Part shown: piece by piece, positions 52,665-64,000 of the stretch | How positions within the stretch are numbered: position 1 is the stretch's first letter | Layout: each line of letters opens with the position of its first letter | Assembly (NCBI RefSeq): GCF_009914755.1 | Contig: NC_060948.1 | DNA length: 64,000 bases | DNA from: the human T2T-CHM13v2.0 reference genome, Homo sapiens | Direction: 5' to 3' (one strand) | Notes under the pieces: model-generated | What the model was told of the DNA's origin: nothing | The model's input: only the letters and a program-made list of their open reading frames with translations | Databases searched by the model: none | Position numbers and translations under genes: made by a program

Positions 52665-53973
52665 AGTTAAGGTTTAGTATACTCTTATGGGCATTAGGGG
52701 TTAGAGATGAGAGTCACAGACAATATATTTAAAATTCTTTTGAAGGGTGATAGGATGACATTAAGAATGGGATAGAAGTTTGGGATTAGGGATAGGGGTT
52801 TACAATTGCAGAAATAAGTTTAGATTGAGGGTTAGGTCTGGGGTTGGATTAGAGGTTAGTGTTGTGGTAGGATTAGGGTTATGGTTAGGATTAGGATTAG
52901 GGACAGGGGTAGTTGGTGTTATGTTTAAGGCTAGGGTTAGAATCAGAATTAGCTGTTAATTTTAAGATCAGGTTATGTTTAGGTTTAGAGTAAGAAATAG
53001 GCTTACAGTTAGAGATTGGGGTTAGTGTAGGGTTAGGTTCTGGGTTAACATCATGGTGAGGATTAGGATTAGTGCCAAAGGTGAAAGTTGAGGTGACAGT
53101 GAGGGTTAAGGTAAGAGGGTTAGTGCATTAGTGTTAGGGTTTGGGTTTAGGGTTAGTGTTAGGATAAGAATAAAGATTTGGTTTAGCATTTAGGGTTCAT
53201 GTCCTGGTTAGGGTTTCAGTTTAGCCTTACAGTTAGTGTTTAAGGTTCAGTTTTATTTTTAGGGTTATTGTTTAGCAATTAGGCTTAGGGTCAGCTTAGG
53301 GTTAGGAGAAGGGGTTAGGGTTTGGCCTGGTGTCAGGGTTTAGATTTAGTGTTACAGTGGGGTTAGGTTTAGGGTTAAATTTGGGATTGGGCTTATTGTA
53401 TAGGATTATAGTTAGAGTTTAGGTTTCAGTGTTAGAGCTATGGTTGCAGTTGCATTTGAGGTTGTGGGTTAGAGTTAGGAGTAGTGTTAGTGTCAGGGTT
53501 TTAAGATTAGGGGTATGGTCAATGTATGGTTAGAATTAGGGTTAGGGTAGATTTGATTAGGGATATTGGTTAGGTGTTAGCTTACATTTTTAAGGTTCAC
53601 ATTTTAGTATTATGGTTACAGTCAAGGTTGCATTTAGGATGAGGTACGAAGTTAGCTTTAGGGATTAGAGTTAGAGTTAGGGGTTAGGGTTCATTGTCTA
53701 AAATTAGTGTTAGAGTTAGGTTTGGTTTAGTATTTAGGTTAGGGTTTTGGTGAGTGTTAGGGTTTAGGGTAGATTTAGGGTTAGGGGTAGGTTTAGGGTT
53801 AGGGGTTGGTGTAGGGATATGTACAGCGTTATGGGTTGGGGTAGGGTTACATTTATGGCTAGCGATATGTTTTGTTAATGGTTCAGGTTGGGTTTATATG
53901 AGGATTAGGGTTAGGGCTTCAGGGTTATTGTTAGTGTTTCAGCATTAGTATTAGGGGATATATTTAGGGTTAG
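52665..53973 (+). repeat. Degenerate interstitial telomeric (TTAGGG)n tract, ~1.3 kb
   Basis: Continuous hexamer variants ttaggg/ttagga/ttagag/tttagg/ttagtg. Confidence 0.93.
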
Positions 53974-54059
53974 ATGTCTTTTTCACCCATCTCAACCCAT
54001 GGAAGAATCAGCACACTCTTTCTGCCTTCTGAAGCTCATATGTACTCCATACGAATTTA

Positions 54060-54400
54060 GATTATTTATTTATTTATTTGTTTATTCATTTTATGTATTT
54101 ATTTATTTATTTATTTGTTTTTGGAGACAGCGTTTCGCTCTTGTTGCCATGACTGGAGTACTATGGTGTGAACTCGCCTTACCACAACCTCCACTTCCCA
54201 CTTTCAAGTGATTGTCTTGCCTCAGCTCCTGAGTAGCTGGGATTAAAGGCATACACCATCACACTTAACTAATTTTGTATTTTTATTAGAGATGGGGTTT
54301 CTCTATGTTTGTCAGGCTGGCCTTGAATTTGAACCTCAAGTGATTCATCGGCCTTGGCCTCCCGAAGTGCTGGGAACACACAAGTGAGCCACCATGCCCA
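54060..54400 (-). mobile_element. Alu with (TTTA)n tail
   Basis: Antisense Alu consensus. Confidence 0.85.
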
Positions 54401-54429
54401 GCATCAGATTTTGAAATAACTTGACTTAA

Positions 54430-55215
54430 AGTGGAGCTACCAACTATATGCCACTTCTCTGCTGTGGGTTGTACACTTCTTGGGATTGCATGGCTGCAAA
54501 TAGATAAGTCTCCTCCAAACTTAAAGCTGCAGATACATCTCAACAAACTTCCTGCAGATAGAAGCTACCCACTCTGAAGCTTCTCTCCACTGAGGCCTTC
54601 AGAGATGTTTTAAAAACCTGCTTTTCCACTGAAACTGTTCACTCTCGCTCCTGTCTTCACTGAGTCTTGCACAGATGTAGATATGTCCTGTTTTTGAAAT
54701 GCAGTTACCCATTTTCTCTCTTGAGAGCTGTACCTTCATCCAATAAAGCATCTATTTACCTTGATTATTCTCCTGTTGTCCAAATACCTCATTCTCCCTG
54801 GATATGCATCAAGAACTCACGACCCACTTAATGGTGCACAAGGCTGAAACACAGAAACCCACACTTACAATATTGTTGATTACAGGAAAAAAAAAGATAG
54901 AAGAGGTTCAGCCCTTAAAGAACCCAGGCTGAAACCTTTTCTAAGCCAGGTCTGTAACACAATCTTTGGGTCTTTGCAGTTTCTGGAATTTCTAAGCTTC
55001 TGGATGCCATGGCATTCCTGAGTGCCTCTGGAGGAAACAGGTTATGGTATGCCTGATCCAGCCAAAAATAAGTAGGGACCTGGCTCCTGATCTGGTACCT
55101 GGAACTTCTCACCTTATCACAGCTGACATGCTTGGAGGTGGCAAGTGGCTGGACTCAACAGTTGCTCATTCAAAGATCTCTCTCTACTCTGTGCCTGGCT
55201 CACCCATAGCAGGAA
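54430..55215 (+). mobile_element. MER52-like ERV1 LTR, truncated
   Basis: agctacccactc repeats, caataaagc, cctcattctccctgga...aagaactc; homologous to 61610-62142. Confidence 0.65.
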
Positions 55216-55319
55216 TGCGTGATATTGTTTAGGGCTATTAAAATAAATTAATCAATCTTGCAGCTAATGATGTATTTTGCTCAGCTCAGTTTTTGTGTCC
55301 TGAGCAGACAGACTGACTA

Positions 55320-56899
55320 TTAAAACTTATCAATTTTCCTTTGCATATACTTGAACATAGATTCTATTCCTTGTGCTCAGATTCAGATTTTTTTGGCACA
55401 TCACTCTCTCTCATTGGCCTCTTTCAACTTCATCTTAATGTTACAGTAAATAAGGGCATTATTTTTCTCTAGCACAACTGAATTATATGAAGCAAATCCC
55501 TTAATTTGTATCATAACCACTTGGGGGAAAAGTTACAGTTCAAGACACCTGAGAGACCAGGTCTGTGGCACATGCCTCCCATGCTTTCAGCTTTCTCCCA
55601 CCAATCAACATTACCTTGGCCGATGCTTCATCCATCATCTTGTGAAATTTAATGGTAAACAAGCCACCTGGGGTCGGTCCAAAAGTCACAGAAGGGGTTT
55701 AAAACCAAGCCTTTTAACCAAATCACAAAGAGGCAGTATGGATGCAGCTAGTCAAATGGCTGGGCTATTGGCTGATACAATTGGCTTCTCAAACTGAATG
55801 AAATTATTCACAGTGTTCTTTATGGTATCCACTATTTCAATGCTTGCTCTGTTTCTGTCATTTCTTAAATACACACAAAATCAAGACCTCAGCAAAGGAC
55901 ACAACCAGCTGGAGTGGGCAGCATAAACTTCCTGTCATCTGCAGCAGCCCTATGCAGAACATTCTTGATTTTTTTCATTACTTCTATATTTAGTGAGTTA
56001 TTCTCTGTCAATCTTGTTGATAGTTTCTGGGTAAAGCCATCATTTTCCCTCACCGAAATGTCTCCGAGTCTACTGGCATTTTCTGTTAGCCTTATGGTAA
56101 AATACATGCTTTTGACAAAAGGCTGGTCTTTTTCATCATCAATAATCTTTCTTTGCCCCCCTCTCACACTTGGAACAAATATATGCAAGTTTTTTGTTCT
56201 GTTGGCTGTTCGTGGAATTGCTTATACCAATGTACCTTCTTTGCTGGCTAGGCCTGTAACCATGGAAGCAGTAACCAAGCCAGACCCCTGAGACATTAGT
56301 GGGTGTATCTTGCACCTGTTTTCTCCTCCAGTCTGTTCTGCACCAGGACATAATACAGCCCTGAAGGGGTTCTCAGCTGCCACCTTGAGCACCATGGTGT
56401 CCTGCTGATCCAGCAAAATAGGATCCAGTTTCCCGAGTTATTGAAATCCACTGTGTTCTTGCTGTTAAAAGTGCAAGTGTCTTGATAGTTTAATTTCTTA
56501 GCTCCATATTCCTTGGGTCGAAGAGAGGTGAAGCTGTGTTTCTCCTAGCGTTGTGGTTGGTAGCAAACAACTGGCAGTTTTTGGATGTGTGTTTGCAAGT
56601 CACTAGCGTTTTAGGAAGGTTCTTAAAAAAGTTGGAGTTGGTAGATCTGGAAGTTCCTTTTATGGCCTTGCTTGACAATGTTCTGCTTGTTTCCAGTCCG
56701 TGTCCTTCTTTTTCTGTTTTTTAATCTGTCATCTGTTAAAGTCATAAATACATTTTTCACAGTTTATGAAGTGCTGCTCCACTCCCCAAGTGTTATCCTG
56801 TTTGTCACAGCCTTTCCACTGAATGAAATACTCTGCCTTCCCATTTTTGTCTTGTCTTTCGTCAACAACAGTTTCAATCTCAAACTCCTGGGATGCCAT
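55320..56899 (-). pseudogene. CDY: Intronless chromodomain Y-linked (CDY) pseudogene with chromodomain and crotonase-like domain
   Basis: Minus strand MASQEFEIETVVDERQDKNGKAEYFIQWKGCDKQDNTW...; GAEQTG...IHPLMSQ; FTIRLTENAS...AAADDRK; ends GIESMFKYMQRKIDKF-TAA at 55320; TGA at 56729-56731 plus several frameshifts. Confidence 0.95.
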
Positions 56900-58066
56900 G
56901 AAGGAAGAGATAGAATTGGAGCCATTATTGTGTCATTTTTCTTTCTGTTGAGTCTCCACATAGTCACTGCTTTCTGCCTCCATTTCTGCACCAGCCCTGG
57001 GTATGGATGAGCCTGTTCCGCTTTGTGGCCACTGGTGTAGTAAAAGTTGTGTGAAGAAGCAGCTATGCTATTTGCCTTAGTATCTCCTCACTTATTCCAT
57101 GTTGGGACAGCTCAGGGTTCTGTTTATCATGCCAAGGTGTCTGACAAGGTAGCCTCAGGTACTCCTACTTTCTGGTGTAGTGCAGAGAGCTTTCTACCTG
57201 GCTATAACTCTTTGCTTTGTAGTTGCTCCAGTGATTATATTGAACATTCTAAAAGTAAAACACTGAAATCACATTAGTTTATTCTCAGTTAACATAAAAA
57301 ACTCTTACTCCTTTATAGCATGGCCTGCTTTATTTCAATTACTGAGTTCTCAAAATGATAACAATATGCATTCTATCTCAAAAACACAAGCTAGTGAGTT
57401 TTTTAAAATAAAATAGTGTATTAAATTATGTGGAGAACATATTGTGAAGGTACACATTTTTTTTTATCTTTTGTAGTTGTTCATATATTTATCTGTACTT
57501 TATTCTTTGTTTATTAATATTTCTGTTCAGTGTCCTTTCATTTTACCCCGGAATAATCCATAAGGCATTTCTTAAATGGTTGTCTACTGGCAAAAGAATG
57601 TGGCTTTTATTTGGGAATTTCATAACTTCTCACTCACTTTTGAGGGACACTTTGTTTAAACATAACATTTCTCTTTGAAAGTTTTTTCTTACTGCACTTG
57701 GAATATATGAGGCTACTCTGAATTTTTAGACATTCCCCTATTATTTATGAGGGTTTTTTGTACAATACTAGTCAAGATTTCTCTCGCTGCTTTCAAGATT
57801 CTCTTTGTCTTTGTTTTAGACCGTTTAACTATCATGTATGTTTGAGTGTGTTTCTTTGAGTTTATTTTACTTGGAGTTTGTGGAGTTTCTTAGATATTTA
57901 TTACCTTAAATTTGTAACATTTTTGACCACTTTTTTTTAGTCTCCCTATTTCTTTGTCTCTTCTCCTTGAATTTCTAAGAGGCATAAGTAGGTCTGCTTG
58001 ATGGTGTCACACTGGTTTCTAGATGTTTTCATATTTCTTTATTTTTTTCTCCTCTTGACTTAATAA

Positions 58067-58575
<509 letters not shown>

Positions 58576-60791
58576 ATGAATTTTAATGTCAGTTGTTTTA
58601 TTTTCATCTCCAAATTTTTTTTTTTCCTGAGAGACACTGAACCTGGCTCAGAATTTTTTTTCTAAGTTTGAAAATAATTTGTCATGCTTTCCCAAGAACC
58701 TGTATTATTTTAGTTTCAATCTCTGTTTCTTTGAACCTAAAGTAAGACGTGCATAGACATCACGTTTGTGAATTTTTCTTTTAAAGGTGCATTTGTGCCG
58801 GTCTGTGTGTTTTTATGTAAGAGCTCACATTTACAGTTATTACAAGCAAAAAAATTACTTACTGTGACATTTATTTACTTTTTTTATGTTATTTTTCTTA
58901 TTTGATCCTCAATTAATCCTTTGTCCATTAAAAAAAGTTAACTTTTTAAACCTTTTTTATTATTTTCATGTCATTATTAGTTATATTTGGGATTTTAATT
59001 ATATTCTAAACATAATATAATCTTCTTTGAATAATATTAACTTGTTTGAATAATCAAAATTTTAATTTCAACACTATAAATATATGCTGCTCCTGTACTT
59101 TTCTATCTTTCTCAATATAAATTGAGTCAGATTATATCTGTACACCCTGAGTGTCCATTAATGTAAATTTGTAAATTTTTATGTAATAGCTGCTTATGAG
59201 ATCTGTAATAGTAATAGCTAACTTTGCCAGGATTGCAATAGTAATAGCATTTTTTTTTAGGGAATGGTTAATCACACATTCTTTTAGATTTTCTATATCT
59301 AGACATTTTTTGCTTGAGTATTATTTTTACAAGATATAGATTTTCTTGATTTCTCTAAGGTGTTTTTTTTTAGTTATTGATAGCTTAGAATGCATTCCAT
59401 TAGCATTACGAATAACAGCAATATAAAAACTATTATTTTTTTAAAAACTTGATCTGTATTAACAAATCTGTTGTATTGTCTATTGTATGAAATAACTGTA
59501 TTATTGCTTTCAACAACTTAACATTTTGTTTGTGACCAATTCCTGGTATTTTCAACCAAGAGTGACTTCTGAGTTTGACAAAACAGAAATAAATACGTTT
59601 CATCAATTCTTTATTTTTCTTCTAGAAAGACTACAACAAACGCAATAAATTAGCACACAAGTGCTTCTTCACTCCTCCCAGAATTAGGAACCAGGGCCTG
59701 AAATGGAAAATGCAGATTTCAATTTCGAAGCCTTCATCTGTGCCTGGGAGGTAGTATGGCAATCCAAAAAAATATTTACTACTTTAAAATTGTCTCTTTT
59801 GATGGTTTCTTGATTGATACAAACCACTGATTTACAGGGTTCAGACAGTTTTTGATTGGTTTGATGTTTCTTTGAATGGTTTGAATCTGCTGCCAGCCCT
59901 GCAGTTTTGCCCTCATTTTTATGTGGGAAGCACTGATTGTTTTGTAATGTCAGAGTTTATTTTTATTTAGGAGATCTATTATTTGTCCCATGAAAATATT
60001 GTTTAAAATGCTTAAATTGAATTTTACACTTCTAATTGGTGTTTCTAATTGTTAGGTTTTTGTTTTAGTGGTTACAGTATGAAGTTTGTTGTTTGCTTTT
60101 TATTAATTGATGTTATCAATTTCATATAAAAGGCAAGGACAATATTCAGTATTATGAATTACAACTTGGTTTTATGTAAAACATGTATACAATTATTTGT
60201 TTACAAAGTGACTTTCAAGTACCTATCTAAATAAAACAATAAGGGAATAATTATGTAGGCATGCAGCAAGATTTACAAGTGTGATGATCTCTGGCAGAAG
60301 CCTGCATAAATTGTTTGAAAAACAACCAGGTCACTGTGGATGGAACAGACTATGGAAGGAAAATGACTGTAGACAATGAGATTATAGGGGAAACACACAG
60401 TCGATGTGATTGTCTAGGATTTCCATAGGTCAGTAGATTTTACATTAGTTTTACTCTAAGCCAAGTTCATGACTGGAAGTGGAATTGGTAAGATTATTAC
60501 TAGCCTCTAGTGCCAAGAGGCTAGAAATGCTGTTGAATATCTTAAAATCTAGTCTCAGGCACCTTTCAGCAATTAACAGTATTGAACTATCTCTCCAGAA
60601 AATTGTAAAAAGAAGCACACTTTTTAGAAAACATTGATTTTATATTTTCAAGGTTACTTAACTCAATCTTTGGTTTCTGTAAATCAGAAGGATTTTAAGA
60701 AGCTCTTGTAAAGTTCATTTGATTCAAGTTAGGGTAACTGTTAGTAAAGTGAAGTCAGTTCAGTTAATCAAGAATTAGAAAGTAAACTGTA

Positions 60792-61078
60792 GGCCAGGTG
60801 CGGTGGCTATAATCCCAGCACTTTAGGAAGCCAAGGTGGACCGATCACAAGGTCAGGACATCAAGACCATCCTGGCTAACACGGTGAAACCCCATCTCTA
60901 CTAAAAATACAAAAAAAAAAAATTAGCTGGGCATGGTGGCGGGTGCCTGTAATCCCAGCTACTCAGGAGGCTGAGGCAGGAGAATGGCATGAATCCAGGA
61001 GGTGGTGCCACAGCGCTCCAGCCTGGGTGAGAGAGTGAGACTCCATCTCCAAAAAAAAAAAAAAAAAAAAAAAAAAAA
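60792..61078 (+). mobile_element. AluY-like with internal deletions
   Basis: Dimer with a long A tail; flanking direct repeat agaaagtaaact at 60777-60788 and 61078-61089. Confidence 0.9.
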
Positions 61079-61609
61079 GAAAGTAAACTATCTATTTCCT
61101 TTTTTCTCCACCTTTCTTTCCCATTAATTTTAAATATTTCTGTAAAACACTAATATAGCCAAATAAAACCCTAGGCACACTCTGTTTTTGGGATATCATG
61201 GAGAACACTCAAAGGCTTTTGGGACAGAACTAATCTTGAATACAACTGGAAGTCATACAGAATACAGATACATATACGTGCATTAGTGCAATTCATTATG
61301 CATACACACTAGGCATAATGATTGTCATAAGACAAATATTAAATGTCTTATGACATAAACTTTGCTAAGATTTTACAATAACCAAGCCAAATGGAAACCA
61401 AGATTTCAAGGATTATAGCCAGGGTCAGAGAATTCTACGTGATGAGTAGAATGAAAACTCAAGCATCTTCTAGGAGAGGTCATGACTGTTGCCATAACCA
61501 GCACAGGGATTATCTCTACAGAAACAAGTGAAAGGGCTGATGGCAGCATGAACCACATTCTTCCTGGAAGCAGAAACATAATTTGAGATTATCTGAATGG
61601 CAGAGCTGA

Positions 61610-62142
61610 ATGACCTGGAACACAAACAGGGATAAAAGTTTCCCCTTGCTTATCACATTGTGGTAAGACAAAAATAAAACAAGAGCTGTGGCCTTTCAGT
61701 GTTCACAGACCTAGGAGCTCTCAAAGCCAGGGAGAGCCATCACACCCTTTGGGGCTTTACTTTTTCCGGCATCTGCAAGATTCTGGGTATCACTACATTC
61801 CCCAGTATCAGCTGTGGAAGCTGCTTGCAGTAGGCCTGGTCCAGCTGCAGTTTTTCAATGATCTAGCAGTTATCTTGGCACCTAAAACTTCCTGGTCTGA
61901 TACAGCTGGCATGACTGATCATGTTTAGCAGCTGGAGTCCACACTTGCTCATACACCACTCACCACTCATCCATGTTTGCCCTTGGCAGGTGATAACTCC
62001 TGGCTGTTAACACCAGCTGAGTGCAGCATGTCAGGTAGTGTGGGTAGAACAACTTTGCAGGCCTGATTAAAGCTCAGGGAAAGGCACCACTGGTCACAGA
62101 GGTTTTCATCTGGCAAAGTGACTCCCGTAAAATCCCATAGCA
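61610..62142 (+). mobile_element. MER52-like LTR, 3' part
   Basis: cagacctaggagctc, gctgtggaagctgcttgcagt, aaaggcaccactggtcacagaggttt...atcccatagca terminus. Confidence 0.75.
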
Positions 62143-62771
62143 ATAGAAGCATAGCTGGTTATGTTTAAATGGCTTACTTTTTTCGGTTCATGAAATAATG
62201 ATTATTCAGCGTCCTATATTTTGGTATTTTTTAACCTCATTTGCAAATGATTATCTTTCAAAATTTTTACAGAATCAAATTTGAAAAATTATTATTTGTA
62301 TTGAACAACGTGATTGGTCTTATGTACACTGCATTATTTTAGGATGGAGTTTCACTTTTGTCATCCAAGCTGGAGTGCAATGGCATTTTCTCAGCTCATT
62401 GTACCTCCTGCCTCTGCTTCCCACAGAGCTGGAATTACAGGAACCCACCATGATGTGCAGCATGGCATTGGAGTTCAGATCAGCATTCTCCTAGTAGATT
62501 ATGAAGCTTACTTATGAAAGAGTATTTCTAATTCCTGGGCTTTGATGTTGTGTACTTAATATAATTTCTGTTTGAGACTCACTTTTGCTCGGGATTGTAA
62601 TATGATGAGCAGCATTTCTGGCATTTTCTGCTACATGCAATACTAAAAACCATTTTCTGTGGTTGAAATACCCTAACATATTTGTGTCTCATGGAATCTA
62701 AATTGTTGGCATTTACTATTCTAGAGAGTTCTGAAGAAGAAATTAAAAGCCACTTTTTAAAATTTTGCAGA

Positions 62772-63085
<314 letters not shown>

Positions 63086-63419
63086 TTTTGCATAAATTTT
63101 ATATGAGATGTCATTTTTCTCTAATTTTTGACTATTCTAAAATCCTGATATTTTCTCTAACTTGCTGCTATCCTAACATTCTGTCATTTGTGAAATATAC
63201 CAGGGTGTCCTGCAGGTACCGTGGAACTTAATATAAAACAATATTAAATTAATTAAATATAAATAAAAAGCTTTTTTTTTTCCAGATGTGAGGTTATAGT
63301 AGCTTTAAAACGTGTGCCACACATTATTTAAAACATTTTGTAATTACAAATCAGCACCGTCACAAACTGCATTGAAAAGCAAATAAATAGTATATCTCAA
63401 TTTTTAGCTGATTGAATTT

Positions 63420-63695
63420 CTTTTCTTTTATTTTTAGAATGAAATCTCACACTATCTCTTTGGCTGGAGTGCAGTGGTGCAATCGTAGGACACTGCAACC
63501 CCCTGCCTCCCAGGTTCAAGTATTTATTCTTCCTCAGCTTCTTGAATAGCTGAGAATACAGATGCACACCACCACACCTGATGGATTTTTAGCATATTGG
63601 CCACACTTGTCTCAAGCTCCAGACCTCAAGTACTCTGCCTGCCTTGGCCTCCAAAAGTACTGGAATTACATGTGTGAATCACCATGCTTGGCCCC
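63420..63695 (-). mobile_element. Alu
   Basis: Antisense Alu consensus. Confidence 0.85.
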
Positions 63696-64000
63696 TGATT
63701 GAAATTCTAATTCAAAAAAATCCCTCTTGCAAAACCTTATTTTCTATATTATATTTTTGATGAGTTTCTTTATATGTCTCATAATTAAAGCAAATGGTAT
63801 CATTTTAATGTATTTTCTTATACTTGAAAATGAATTTATTTTTATTAATCTGTAATTAAAATAGTAGGTATATTTAGAATGTTAATTTGCTGTGTGTAAA
63901 CATGATTAGAAATTTCTTTAAAAAACTAATTTGGATAATTAATTACATTAGTTGATTGTACTTGTGTTATTTTCCTCAGGATTTTCTTTTCTTTTCTTTT

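Noticed and set aside
53754-53948. Gly/Leu/Val-rich ORF
   Set aside because: Translation of the degenerate TTAGGG tract
55914-57277. Plus-strand ORFs overlapping the CDY copy
   Set aside because: Antisense frames of the CDY pseudogene and its 5' flank
60560-60660. Possible plus-strand exon (ctttcag...tcaag|gtta)
   Set aside because: Weak splice signals, stops in the frames examined, no recognisable homology

Overview
Primate, almost certainly human, Y-chromosome ampliconic DNA. The gene order matches the Yq11.222 palindrome P5 neighbourhood as I recall it, but the arm or copy cannot be told from sequence. The window is repeat-dense (more than 25 Alus, two near-full-length L1PA, several old L1M, LTR14B x2, LTR22, MER4, MER52 x2, MST). 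It holds a chain of decayed genes: an XKR3-derived locus containing the 117-aa XKRY ORF (+), a full-length processed ACTG1 pseudogene with TSDs (+), a three-coding-exon PRY pseudogene (+), an ELOC/TCEB1 retrocopy (-), a 1.3-kb degenerate (TTAGGG)n tract and an intronless CDY pseudogene (-). There is no prokaryotic-type system or CRISPR, and I see no convincing wholly new biological system. The most interesting signals are evolutionary. The XKRY ORF is built from an intron-derived ATG plus two frameshifts in a gene that has lost its middle exon. The CDY copy keeps many CDYL-like residues and an open chromodomain-only micro-ORF. All comparisons with reference proteins and repeat consensus sequences are from memory and need alignment to confirm; repeat boundaries without TSDs are approximate.
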